DNA from: Pseudoflavonifractor capillosus
GTDB lineage: Bacteria; Bacillota; Clostridia; Oscillospirales; Oscillospiraceae
Length of the DNA stretch: 64,000 nt
Assembly (NCBI RefSeq): GCF_016899775.1
Contig: NZ_JACJJE010000007.1
Location: 23,256 to 87,255, forward strand
Direction of reading: 5' to 3'
The notes under the pieces are model-generated. The model was not told where the DNA came from and did not search any database. It saw nothing but the letters and a program-made list of their open reading frames with translations. Of the stretch, positions 49,075-59,243 are shown in pieces (positions within the stretch are counted from its first letter, which is position 1; each line of letters starts with the position of its first letter). Both the position numbers and the translations under genes were made by a program.

Positions 49075-49443
49075 ACAGAGGCCTCCTGCCTTAGACAAAA
49101 ATAAAACGGTTCTCTTGTGCGTACAAGAGAACCGTCGATAGTTACAATAACTCAGCCTAAGCATATATATCACCCTAAGGTAATGACATGCAGTAGGCTC
49201 TACCATCTTTACTTTTCTCGTGTACGCTCTTAGTATATATACAATATCCAGGTGCTGTCAAGAGCAAATTTTTATTGGTTGAAACCATGGGCTGCATATC
49301 CTGACCAATACTTATGCCGGATTACCTCACCTTACAAATTAAGAACTTTTTATAATATTGCAGACACATCCCGACGATGTACAATAAAAGCGTAGGATAA
49401 AAACACTTGCAAATCTGATAAGTAGAAACTGAGTGATGCAGAT

Positions 49444-50118
49444 ATGCGTACCTTTACAACAGGTGACGAGACCATCTCTATCTTTCCGTGCAGCGAATCA
49501 GAGTCTCCGGTTATCTACCTCAACACCTTCCACGATGAAAGCCAAAAGGTATATGAGACTGCACAGGCTACTGGTTGCCCACCGTTTACCTTGGTAGCCA
49601 TCAGTAATCTGGACTGGAACCAAGACATGGCTCCGTGGGACAGTCCGGCGGCCTTCAAGAAGGGAGAACCCTTTACCGGCGGGGCAGGTGACTACCTGCG
49701 GCTGCTGGTGGAGGAGATCATACCCAGGGCAGAAAAAGAGCTGGTCGGGCCTCCGGCGTGGCGGGGAATCGCCGGGTACTCTCTGGCGGGGTTATTCGCC
49801 CTGTACACCATCTACCAGACAGATGTGTTCTCGCGGGTGGGGTGCATGTCCGGCTCCTTGTGGTTTCCTGGTTTCAAAGAGTACATCTTCTCCCACGAGC
49901 CGAAGCGCCGGCCAGACTGCATCTATTTCTCTCTGGGGGACAAGGAGGCCAAGACACGCAATCCGGTTCTGAAAACAGTTCAGGAGAATACAGAGGAAAT
50001 CCAGGCTTTTTACCAGGGCGAGGGCATCGACACAGTGTTCCAACTGAATTCTGGAAACCATTTTGTCCAGGGGATCGAACGGACCGTTGCGGGCATTCAG
50101 TGGCTGTTGAGCAAATAG
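49444..50118 (+). CDS. alpha/beta-hydrolase esterase (putative-esterase family, PF00756-like)
   Basis: GxSxG nucleophile elbow GYSLAG; 224 aa. Confidence 0.65.
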   Translation: MRTFTTGDETISIFPCSESESPVIYLNTFHDESQKVYETAQATGCPPFTLVAISNLDWNQDMAPWDSPAAFKKGEPFTGGAGDYLRLLVEEIIPRAEKELVGPPAWRGIAGYSLAGLFALYTIYQTDVFSRVGCMSGSLWFPGFKEYIFSHEPKRRPDCIYFSLGDKEAKTRNPVLKTVQENTEEIQAFYQGEGIDTVFQLNSGNHFVQGIERTVAGIQWLLSK

Positions 50119-50133
50119 GGGCTGGCCTCCCGG

Positions 50134-50478
50134 CCCTTATTCTTTGTTTCGGCGTGTGAAAAACTGATACGCCCGCCGCACAGAAAAGACTTGCACACTC
50201 GCTTTGCCAGAGGTACAATACCCCAAACCCAGAGTTACGAAAAAACGCTTCCCGGCCGGGGCAGGCAGACACCTGCCGCCCCTGGTCAGGAAGCGTTTTT
50301 GACCCCATATTTGACCACAGTCAGGACTGGAATACCCGGAAACAGTGGATTTAAGAGCGTCAAAAAATATTCAATACCGAGCGGAAAATGCTGGAAAGCA
50401 CTACAAATTATCACAAAAAATTTGGTTCAAGCGTTTGGGATCACGGGGCCGAGCGTTCGAATCGCTCCACTCGGACCA
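50134..50478 (+). ncRNA. unclassified ncRNA candidate with tRNA-like 3' terminus, copy C (diverged, contiguous)
   Basis: 5' end cccttattctttgtttcggcg matches copies A and B. The 3' end is tttgggatcacggggcc-GAGCG-TTCGAAT-CGCTC-CACTCGG-A-CCA, followed by a terminator. Confidence 0.35.
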
Positions 50479-50479
50479 C

Positions 50480-50516
50480 AAAAATCCTCTGAAGTCATTG
50501 ATTTCAGAGGATTTTT
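50480..50516 (+). terminator. intrinsic terminator after copy C
   Basis: AAAAATCCTCTGAA-gtcattga-TTCAGAGGATTTTT. Confidence 0.5.
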
Positions 50517-51045
50517 GCGCATAGATCGGCGTTATATCACCTTTAAATCAATTTTTGCTCAGATGAATGATTTTTTGCAAATTGTATAAAACTGACCATC
50601 CATTGCATATCTGGATAATTTGTCTGACGCTTATGAATCCTGACACAAATTAAATTCCGCCAAACACCTTATGCTGCAATGGATTCTGGCGATTTTCCGT
50701 CTCGAAATATTGGCGTAGATTTTTATAGAGATGTATGGTATCTTGATAGGCCTTAGCCTGGTGAGTGGGCATGTCCGACAGAAGGAGACCTTGGATTGGA
50801 TCCACCAGATCTGCCGTTCCACTGGCATGTTCTGAAAGCAAAGTCAATACCTCGGACAACAATACTATGCAAAATGCATAGTATTGTTGCGGATTGATGC
50901 CTGTGATAAAATACAAAATGACCAACAAAGATGAAAAATTAGGAGTTGATTGTGATATTGCACCCTATATTTCATAAGAATGCTTTATGTCAAATTGTAT
51001 GAATGAATCAATTTGACACGGCGAGAAAGGATGGAGGAAATAAGA

Positions 51046-53565
51046 ATGGCCATTATCAAATGCAAAATGTGCGGCGGGGACCTGGAGATCACCGAGGGCG
51101 TGACTGTGGCCGAGTGCGAGTACTGCGGCACCAAGCAGACAGTTCCCAGTGCGGACAGTGAGAAAAAAACTAGCCTGTTCCTGCGGGCCAACAAACTGCG
51201 GTTCGACTGTGACTTTGACCGGGCGGCAAACATTTACGACAGCATTATCACCGACTTTCCGGCGGAGCCGGAGGCCTACTGGGGCCTTCTGCTGTGCAAA
51301 TATGGCATTGAGTACGTAGACGACCCGGCCACCGGGAAGAAGGTGCCCACCTGCCACCGCTCCTCCTATGAGTCCGTCCTGGAGGACGAGAACCTGGAGA
51401 AGGTGATGGAGTACGCCGACGCGGTGGCCCGGCGGGTGTATCGGGACGAGGCCAAGGCCATCGAGGACATCCGAAAGGGGATACTGGAGGTCTCCGGCAA
51501 GGAACCGCCCTACGACATCTTCATCTGTTACAAGGAGACCGACGAGAGCGGGGAGCGCACGGTGGACAGTGTGCTGGCCCAGGACGTGTATGACGCCCTG
51601 ACAGAGAAGGGCTACCGGGTGTTTTTCTCCCGCATTACTTTGGAGGACAAGCTGGGCACTCAGTACGAGCCCTACATCTTTGCCGCCCTGAACAGCGCGA
51701 AAATCATGCTGGTGTTCGGCACCGACTATGAGTATTTCAACGCCGTGTGGGTGAAGAACGAGTGGAGCCGCTTTCTGAAGCTGATGGCCCAGGACAAGAG
51801 CAAGCATCTGATCCCCTGCTACAAGGATGTGGACGCCTACGACATGCCCAAGGAGTTCCAGAAGCTCCAGGGCCAGGACATGGGCAAGGTGGGAGCCGTG
51901 CAGGACCTCCTCCGGGGCATCGACAAGCTGCTGGGGAAAGGCACAGCGGCGCAGGCTGCTGCTCCAGCTCAAGCCGCAGGCGGCCCCACGGTGGATAGTT
52001 TGCTGAAGCGGGCACAAATGTTCCTGGAGGATGGAAACTGGGACAGCGCCAACGAGTACTTCGACAAGGTGCTGGACATCGCCCCTGAGAGCGCCGAGGC
52101 CTATGTGGGCAAGTTCTGTGCGGAACGAAAGTACCATCAAATTTCCGAGGTTGCTGAAGATAGTGATGCTTTTTCCGGACAGGTATCCACACTGTGGGAA
52201 CGAGCGTTGGAGTTTGCCACACCAGAGCTATATACAGTACTGAAAGAATATCAGGCTGCATCAGAAAAGATAACACATCGGAAAGCACAGCAGGAGAATG
52301 CTGCCAGACAGGAAACCGAAAAGAGATTGGCAGCAATCCGACCTTATGCACAAGGCCTTCTCGCCGCTTCAGAGGCTTATGTTACTGTAGGTTTGGGTTC
52401 CGATGGCAGGGTGGCCGCAGTAGGCCCTAATACTTACGGACAATGCAATGTCTCGTACTGGAAGGATATTATAGCGGTCTGCACTGGAGGCCGCCATACG
52501 GTAGGCCTGAGAGCAGACGGCACGGTGGTTGCGGTAGGTAAAGACGGACAGTGCAGAGTTTCGGACTGGAGGGATATTGTAGCTATTTGCGCCGGGAATG
52601 ATCACACAATAGGTCTGAGGTCAGATGGTACAGTGGTTGCGGTTGGAACTAGCTTGCGGGATCAGTGTAATGTCTCTGGCTGGAAAAATATTGTGGCTAT
52701 CTGCGCCGGAGATGAGCATACGGTAGGTCTAAGAGGGGACGGCACGGTAGTCGCAGTGGGCAATAATAATTGCGGACAGTGTAATGTCTCAAGCTGGAAA
52801 GATATTACAGCTATTTGCGCTAGAGATTCCCACACAATAGGTCTGAGAGCAGACGGAACAGTGGTTGCAGTGGGAAGTAATGTTCCCGGGAGCTACAACG
52901 TCCCGGCCTGGACAGATATTGTAATGGTCTGCACTGGAAACTCTCATACAGTAGGACTGAAGGCAGACGGAACAGTAGTCGCAGCTGGCAATAATCATTG
53001 CGGACAGTGCAATGTCTCTGACTGGAAAAATATTGTAGCTATCTGCGCCGGAGGCTTCCACACGATAGGCCTGCAAGCGGACGGCAAGGTAGTCGTGGCG
53101 GGCAATAATAGCCAGGGCGAATGTAATGTCTCGGACTGGTGTAATATTGTAGCGATCTGCGCCGGAGGCTTCCACACGATAGGCCTGCAAGCGGACGGCA
53201 AGGTAGTCGCGGTGGGCAGTAATAGCTATGGCGAATGTAATGTATCGGATTGGCAGTTGTTTAGCAGCGTCGAAACATTGAAGGCAGAGCGGACAGCTCT
53301 CCGCCAGAGGAGAGAAGAAGCCCGTCAAAAGGATGAGCAGCACCGCAAAGAAAAGCAGCGCTGGGAAGAGGAACAGCGCCGTCATGAAGAGGAGCGCCGC
53401 CGCAGAGAAGAGGAACAGCGCACCCAGCACCGAAATGCGCTGGAGGATGAGCGCACCCGGCTGCAAGCGGAATTGCCCACAATCAAGGGCCTGTTCTCCG
53501 GCGGCAAGCGCAGGCAGGTGGAGGCCCGGCTGGCGGAGATTGAGGCGGAACTGAAAAAGCTGTAA
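51046..53565 (+). CDS. Zn-ribbon / TPR-like / TIR-domain / TPR / RCC1-like beta-propeller-repeat / coiled-coil protein, paralog A
   Basis: MAIIKCKMCGG...CEYCGT zinc ribbon. TIR-like DIFICYKETDESGERTVDSV...KIMLVFGTDYEYFNAVWVKNEWSRF. About 11 repeats of GxxHTxGLxxDGTVVAVGxNxxGQCNVSxWKxI. C-terminal LKGLFSGGKRRQVEARLAEIEAELKKL. RBS GGAGG before ATG 51046. Confidence 0.7.
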   Translation: MAIIKCKMCGGDLEITEGVTVAECEYCGTKQTVPSADSEKKTSLFLRANKLRFDCDFDRAANIYDSIITDFPAEPEAYWGLLLCKYGIEYVDDPATGKKVPTCHRSSYESVLEDENLEKVMEYADAVARRVYRDEAKAIEDIRKGILEVSGKEPPYDIFICYKETDESGERTVDSVLAQDVYDALTEKGYRVFFSRITLEDKLGTQYEPYIFAALNSAKIMLVFGTDYEYFNAVWVKNEWSRFLKLMAQDKSKHLIPCYKDVDAYDMPKEFQKLQGQDMGKVGAVQDLLRGIDKLLGKGTAAQAAAPAQAAGGPTVDSLLKRAQMFLEDGNWDSANEYFDKVLDIAPESAEAYVGKFCAERKYHQISEVAEDSDAFSGQVSTLWERALEFATPELYTVLKEYQAASEKITHRKAQQENAARQETEKRLAAIRPYAQGLLAASEAYVTVGLGSDGRVAAVGPNTYGQCNVSYWKDIIAVCTGGRHTVGLRADGTVVAVGKDGQCRVSDWRDIVAICAGNDHTIGLRSDGTVVAVGTSLRDQCNVSGWKNIVAICAGDEHTVGLRGDGTVVAVGNNNCGQCNVSSWKDITAICARDSHTIGLRADGTVVAVGSNVPGSYNVPAWTDIVMVCTGNSHTVGLKADGTVVAAGNNHCGQCNVSDWKNIVAICAGGFHTIGLQADGKVVVAGNNSQGECNVSDWCNIVAICAGGFHTIGLQADGKVVAVGSNSYGECNVSDWQLFSSVETLKAERTALRQRREEARQKDEQHRKEKQRWEEEQRRHEEERRRREEEQRTQHRNALEDERTRLQAELPTIKGLFSGGKRRQVEARLAEIEAELKKL

Positions 53566-53580
53566 GAGAGGGAGTATACT

Positions 53581-56226
53581 ATGGCAATCATCAAATGTAA
53601 AATGTGCGGCGGCGATTTGAACGTCACCGAGGGTATGACCGTAGCCGAGTGCGAATACTGCGGCACCAAGCAGACGGTCCCCAGTGTGGACAGTGAGAAG
53701 AAACTGACCCTGTTCAGCCGGGCCAACCGGCTGAGGCTGGCCGGTGAGTTCGACAAGGCTGCCGGGGTCTATGAGAGCATTGTGGCGGAGTTTCCGGAGG
53801 AGGCCGAGGCATACTGGGGCCTGGTGCTTTGTAAATACGGCATTGAATATGTGGACGACCCGACCACCGGAAAGAAAGTGCCTACCTGCCACCGCTCTTC
53901 CTTTAACAGTATCCTCAAGGACAGCGACTTTGAGCAGGCCTGCGAAAACGCGGACACAGTGGCCCGGCGGGTCTACCGAGACGAGGCCAAGGCCATCGAG
54001 GACATCCGCAAGGGGATTTTGGAGGTCTCCGGCAAGGAGCCGCCCTACGACATCTTCATCTGCTACAAGGAGACGGATGAAAATGGGGAGCGCACGGTGG
54101 ACAGCGTGCTGGCCCAGGATGTGTACGACGCCCTGACCGAGAAGGGCTACCGGGTGTTTTTCTCCCGGATCACCCTGGAGGACAAGCTGGGCGCCGAGTA
54201 CGAGCCGTACATCTTCGCCGCCCTGAACAGCGCGAAAATTATGTTGGTATTCGGCACGGACTACGAGTATTTCAACGCCGTGTGGGTGAAAAACGAGTGG
54301 AGCCGGTACTTAAAGCTGATGGCCCAGGACAAGAGCAAGCATCTGATCCCCTGCTACAGGGATGTGGATGCCTATGACATGCCAGAGGAGTTCCAGAAGC
54401 TCCAGGGCCAGGATATGGGCAAGGTGGGGGCTGTCCAGGATCTGCTGCGGGGTATCGAAAAACTGCTGGGGAAGGACGCAGCTGCTCAAACGGATTCAAC
54501 CTCTCCGGCCCAGGCAGCAGGGGGACCCACAGTGGAGTCCCTGATGAAGCGGGGACAGCTCTTCCTGGAGAGCGGGGATTGGGACAGCGCCAATGAGTAC
54601 TTCGATAAGGTGCTGGACATTGCCCCCGAGAGCGCCGAGGCCTATGTGGGCAAGTACTGCGCGGAGCGGAAGTACCGGGATTTCTCCTTCATGCGCCTGG
54701 ACCATGGTGACCAGCTGTACGCGAAAGGAATCCTGCACCTGTGGAATCTGACACAAAAAAAGGAGTTCGACCGGGCAAAAACATTTTACCAAGATGTAAC
54801 CGGCGCGGATCAGACCGGAGCGCAGCAGTTTTTGGGTATGCTGCTGGGAATGGAAAAGCTGGACATAAGTGCCGTGATCCCGGATCCCACTGCAACTTCC
54901 CGGAATTTCACGCTGGCCCTGCGCTTCGCCTCGCCGGAGCTGCGGACCCAACTGGAGGAGGCCCGGGACGCGTTCCGGCAGAACCGGGAGAAGCACATCC
55001 AGGAAGTGGAGCGGGAAATCGCGGATGCCGAGCAAGCCGAGAGAGACGCCGCAGAGGAACAAAAGCGGGCCAAAGAGCAGAAAAAAATTCAAGAAGCGGA
55101 GGAGAAAAAGGCCCACGCGGAGCTGCTTCGCACCCGGCGGGAGCTGGCCCGCAGGTTCAGTAAGCGCATCGCCGCGGGCGCGGGTTTTGTTGTGGCCTTA
55201 AAGCTGGACGGTACCCCCTTAGTGGCCGGGGCCAGCCGGTTTGGGGCGGCCGATTTGTCCGGATGGAAGGATCTGACGGCGGTTTCCGCCGGGCTTTACC
55301 ACACGGTGGGCCTGCGCTCAAACGGTACGGTGGTGGCCACAAAGTACACCAAAAAAGAGAAGTATAACCCCTCCAATGACTCCTTCTGCCAGGTGTCCCA
55401 TTGGAGGAATATCGTGGACATCTCCGCCGCAACTACCTCCACCGTGGGCATCAAGGCGGACGGAACGGCGGTCTGGACCGGGCAGGACCTCCCCTATGCG
55501 GGGGACCTGCCAGATGCGGGGAATTGGAAGGACTTTGTGGACTTTGCGGCCACACGCATCCCTACAATTGATGACAAGACCGGCACGCTGATCGGGCTGA
55601 AATCCGACGGAACGGTTGTGGACAGCGGCTATTTTTCCCAAAAGTATCCCGTCATGTGGAACGCGGGGCTGACGCTGGCCTTCAAAAACGTGGCCATGTC
55701 GGCCAGCACCTATCATGCGGTCTTTTTAAAGGAAAATGGTCTGGTCCTTCCCATCGGTGACTCGAGCAGCGCCGCATGTCAGGTCAGGGACTGGCAGGAT
55801 ATTGTGCAGGTCTGTGCCACAGGGGATAGTTCTGTTACCTATGGCCTGAAAGCAGATGGAACGATGGTGGCGACGAAAGATCCCAGTCCGTACGTACATG
55901 AGGAACGCGAGGTACTCAAGTGGAAGGATATTATTGCCTTCTCTGCGAATGGCGGTTGGGTCGTAGGCCTGAAGTCGGATGGCACCCTGGTCTCCACCAG
56001 TGAACAGCTGCAGGAGATGATCGGCTCTTGGAAACTGTTTGACAGTCTGGATACGATAGAGCAGGAATTGGCAGAGGTCCAGGCCAAGCGCAAGGCCGCT
56101 CTGGAAAAGGAGCGGGACGACCTTCAGGCGGAGCTGCCCAACCTGAAGGGGTTCTTCTCCGGCGGCAAACGCCGGGAGATGGAGGCTAGGATTGCAGAGA
56201 TTGAGGAAGAACTGAAGAAGCTGTAA
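53581..56226 (+). CDS. Zn-ribbon / TIR-domain / TPR / beta-propeller-repeat / coiled-coil protein, paralog B
   Basis: N-terminal 300 aa ~88% identical to paralog A. Divergent repeat region. Same C-terminal LKGFFSGGKRR...ELKKL motif. Confidence 0.7.
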   Translation: MAIIKCKMCGGDLNVTEGMTVAECEYCGTKQTVPSVDSEKKLTLFSRANRLRLAGEFDKAAGVYESIVAEFPEEAEAYWGLVLCKYGIEYVDDPTTGKKVPTCHRSSFNSILKDSDFEQACENADTVARRVYRDEAKAIEDIRKGILEVSGKEPPYDIFICYKETDENGERTVDSVLAQDVYDALTEKGYRVFFSRITLEDKLGAEYEPYIFAALNSAKIMLVFGTDYEYFNAVWVKNEWSRYLKLMAQDKSKHLIPCYRDVDAYDMPEEFQKLQGQDMGKVGAVQDLLRGIEKLLGKDAAAQTDSTSPAQAAGGPTVESLMKRGQLFLESGDWDSANEYFDKVLDIAPESAEAYVGKYCAERKYRDFSFMRLDHGDQLYAKGILHLWNLTQKKEFDRAKTFYQDVTGADQTGAQQFLGMLLGMEKLDISAVIPDPTATSRNFTLALRFASPELRTQLEEARDAFRQNREKHIQEVEREIADAEQAERDAAEEQKRAKEQKKIQEAEEKKAHAELLRTRRELARRFSKRIAAGAGFVVALKLDGTPLVAGASRFGAADLSGWKDLTAVSAGLYHTVGLRSNGTVVATKYTKKEKYNPSNDSFCQVSHWRNIVDISAATTSTVGIKADGTAVWTGQDLPYAGDLPDAGNWKDFVDFAATRIPTIDDKTGTLIGLKSDGTVVDSGYFSQKYPVMWNAGLTLAFKNVAMSASTYHAVFLKENGLVLPIGDSSSAACQVRDWQDIVQVCATGDSSVTYGLKADGTMVATKDPSPYVHEEREVLKWKDIIAFSANGGWVVGLKSDGTLVSTSEQLQEMIGSWKLFDSLDTIEQELAEVQAKRKAALEKERDDLQAELPNLKGFFSGGKRREMEARIAEIEEELKKL

Positions 56227-56256
56227 CGATCCTTACAATAAAGGAGAGCGCATAAA

Positions 56257-58809
56257 ATGGCGATTATCAAGTGCAAAATGTGTGGCGGCGATTTGAACGT
56301 CACCGAGGGCGTGACCGTGGCCGAGTGCGAATACTGCGGCACGAAGCAGACGGTCCCCAATGTAGACAATGAGAAGAAGCTAACCCTGTTCAGCCGGGCC
56401 AACCGGCTGCGGCTGGCCTGCGAGTTTGATAAGGCTGCCGGGGTGTATGAGAACATTGTGGCGGAGTTCCCCGAGGAGGCGGAGGCCTATTGGGGCCTGG
56501 TGCTGTGTAAATACGGCGTTGAATATGTGGATGACCCGGCCACCGGGAAGAAAGTGCCCACCTGTCACCGCTCCTCCTTTGACAGCATTTTGGAGGACAG
56601 CGACTTTGAGCAGGCCTGCGAGAACGCCGACGCGGTGGCCCGGCGGGTATACCGGGACGAGGCCAAGGCCATCGAGGACATCCGCAAGGGGATTTTGGAG
56701 GTCTCCGGCAAGGAGCCGCCCTATGACATTTTCATCTGCTACAAGGAGACCGACGACAGCGGTGAACGCACCGTGGACAGCGTGCTGGCCCAGGACGTGT
56801 ACGACGCCCTCACCAAAAAGGGCTACCGGGTGTTCTTCTCCCGAATCACCCTGGAGGACAAGCTGGGCACCGAGTATGAGCCCTACATCTTCGCGGCGCT
56901 GAACAGCGCGAAAATCATGCTGGTGTTCGGCACCGACTATGAGTATTTCAACGCCGTGTGGGTCAAGAACGAGTGGAGCCGTTTTCTGAAACTGATGGCT
57001 CAGGACAAGAGCAAGCACCTGATTCCCTGCTACAGGAATGTGGACGCCTACGACATGCCCAAGGAGTTCCAGAAGCTCCAGGGCCAGGACATGGGCAAAG
57101 TGGGGGCCGTTCAGGACCTGCTCCGGGGCATCGACAAGCTGTTGGGGAAGGGGACAGCGGCGCAGGCCGCCGCTCCGGCTCAAGCCGCAGGCGGCCCCAC
57201 GGTGGAATCTCTGCTGAAACGTGGGCAGATGTTTCTGGAAGATGAGGACTGGAAGAGTGCCGGGGAGTATTTTGACAAAGTGCTGGATCTGGTACCTGAA
57301 TGTGCGGAAGCTTATTTGGGAAAATTCCTCGCGTTTTATGGACTTGTATCGCTGACAGGTATGAGAAACAAAATATATCCTCTGGACAGCAGCAAGGAAT
57401 TTCGCCGTGCGGAACAATTTGCGGATGCGGAGTTGGCAAAGGATCTGCAGAAAGTCAAGGAAGGCAATGAGCTGAGGTACCAGCGGTTCCGACTTTGGGA
57501 TGTACTGAAAAAACATTGTAAAAATAAAGAAGATGATGAGAGAGCCCGTGAGGAAGAAGTAAGGCGGCGCGAAGAAGAGGCCCGACAGCAGGAGGAGAGC
57601 CGCAAGGCAAGGGTGCGCCTGAAGCCCATCCGGGAAAAACTCCGCATAGCGGCACCGTGGCTTGTTTCTGGACTGAACTTGGTAGTGGGTCTGAACACGG
57701 ATGGCACAGCGAAAATAGTTGGCTATTATGACTGGGGCAGAGGCAAAGACAAAGGGGAAAAAGTCGGAAATTGGAAACACATCGTCGCCGTTGCGGCAGG
57801 TACGAATCATGTCGTGGGCCTGCGGGCGGACGGGACTGTAGTGGTCGATTTCTACGGAGATTACGGGGATGACAAAGGACAGTGGAAGGTGAGCGAATGG
57901 ACGGATATTGCAGCCATTGCCGCCGTTGATAATTTGACGGTTGGATTGAAGTCAGATGGAAGCGTCGTCACTGCGGGGACACTTGGCAACGACAAATCAG
58001 TGGATGTATCCGACTGGCGGGATATTGCGGCTGTTACGATGTCCGCCTTTTCCTTGATTGGACTTCGCAAGGATGGTACCGTCATAAGTGGACATTCATA
58101 TGATGATATGTCTGCCTTGGAAAATATTGTTGACATTGCTGGCGGATACGGCCTGCGGGACGACGGTACGGTGATTTCTATATGGGATAGGAAGACGGTT
58201 TCGCTTTTTGGGTGGACGGATATTGTGGCAATCGCAGCTGGTACATACCATGTTGTAGGGCTGAAAGCGAATGGGACTGTCGTGGCGACTATGGATGACA
58301 ATCAATGGTCGCATTCGGAGGGGCAGACCCAGGTATCCGAGTGGACGGGTATTGTGGCCATTGCTGCCGGATATACCCATACGGTCGGTTTGAGAGCGGA
58401 CGGGACCGTGGTGTTCGCAGGTAAGCGAGGGTCCTTAAGCAGGGTGGAAGAGTGGAAATTGTTTGACAGCGCAGATACGGCAATCGAGCACAAGCAGGAG
58501 CGGGAAGAACAGATGCGCCGGGCGATTGAGGAAGAGCATCAAGCCGCCGAGAAAAAGGCCGAGGAAATGAGGGAAGAACAGCGGCGCAGAGAAGAAGAAA
58601 AGAAACAAAATCGGGAACGAATCCAGAGAATTGATGCGCTGACAAAGGAGCGTTCGACTTTGTGGGCAGAGTACAATAAATTAGGCCTGTTTGGGAATAG
58701 ACAGAGAAAAAAGGAAATCAAAGTGCGCTGCGATGAAATCTGTCTTGAGCTGGAGGCATTGGAAAAGGAACGGAAGGAAGCGTTCAAAAAGGAACAGCAT
58801 GGGAAATGA
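56257..58809 (+). CDS. Zn-ribbon / TIR-domain / TPR / beta-propeller-repeat / coiled-coil protein, paralog C
   Basis: N-terminal 300 aa ~88% identical to A and B. Distinct repeat region and a charged coiled-coil C-terminus. Confidence 0.7.
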   Translation: MAIIKCKMCGGDLNVTEGVTVAECEYCGTKQTVPNVDNEKKLTLFSRANRLRLACEFDKAAGVYENIVAEFPEEAEAYWGLVLCKYGVEYVDDPATGKKVPTCHRSSFDSILEDSDFEQACENADAVARRVYRDEAKAIEDIRKGILEVSGKEPPYDIFICYKETDDSGERTVDSVLAQDVYDALTKKGYRVFFSRITLEDKLGTEYEPYIFAALNSAKIMLVFGTDYEYFNAVWVKNEWSRFLKLMAQDKSKHLIPCYRNVDAYDMPKEFQKLQGQDMGKVGAVQDLLRGIDKLLGKGTAAQAAAPAQAAGGPTVESLLKRGQMFLEDEDWKSAGEYFDKVLDLVPECAEAYLGKFLAFYGLVSLTGMRNKIYPLDSSKEFRRAEQFADAELAKDLQKVKEGNELRYQRFRLWDVLKKHCKNKEDDERAREEEVRRREEEARQQEESRKARVRLKPIREKLRIAAPWLVSGLNLVVGLNTDGTAKIVGYYDWGRGKDKGEKVGNWKHIVAVAAGTNHVVGLRADGTVVVDFYGDYGDDKGQWKVSEWTDIAAIAAVDNLTVGLKSDGSVVTAGTLGNDKSVDVSDWRDIAAVTMSAFSLIGLRKDGTVISGHSYDDMSALENIVDIAGGYGLRDDGTVISIWDRKTVSLFGWTDIVAIAAGTYHVVGLKANGTVVATMDDNQWSHSEGQTQVSEWTGIVAIAAGYTHTVGLRADGTVVFAGKRGSLSRVEEWKLFDSADTAIEHKQEREEQMRRAIEEEHQAAEKKAEEMREEQRRREEEKKQNRERIQRIDALTKERSTLWAEYNKLGLFGNRQRKKEIKVRCDEICLELEALEKERKEAFKKEQHGK

Positions 58810-59224
58810 AATGTTGAGCGGCCTGATTGGTGCACTAATTGGTGGCTGTTGCTCTGTTTTGGGCGGCATCATTGCGGTGAAACTTGAATATCAAGAACAA
58901 CGCAAGCATGAATGGAGAAAGAAGCAATATGATCTATTCTGTGTAATTGTGGACTTTCTGAATAAACTGATCGAGTTTGTCGGCAGCGAAAAGACCACAC
59001 TTAGTGAAGTGGATGACGTTCACCCCAAGTCCGCTGATGAACTATGGGATGAAATTGTGCGGTTAAAGGGAAGAATCATTCCCTTGGTCAGCATCCTGTT
59101 TGACAAGCAAATGGAAAAGCAAATTATTATATTTTATGACGAAATTTCTCAGGGTGGAACAGCAGTCACAGAAGAAATCGAAGCCTTTATCAGCAACAGC
59201 AAAGAAAAATATTTTAGACATTAG
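58799..59224 (+). CDS. small single-pass membrane protein (about 141 aa)
   Basis: ATG overlaps the stop of paralog C by 11 nt. N-terminal TM helix LSGLIGALIGGCCSVLGGIIAV. Confidence 0.4.
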   Translation: MGNEMLSGLIGALIGGCCSVLGGIIAVKLEYQEQRKHEWRKKQYDLFCVIVDFLNKLIEFVGSEKTTLSEVDDVHPKSADELWDEIVRLKGRIIPLVSILFDKQMEKQIIIFYDEISQGGTAVTEEIEAFISNSKEKYFRH

Positions 59225-59243
59225 AAAGAAGTAGAGGTTTGCC

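Noticed and set aside
50650-50928. 92-aa minus-strand ORF in the AT-rich spacer
   Set aside because: No RBS, and skewed hydrophobic/low-complexity composition in an AT-rich intergenic region; insufficient support to call as a gene.
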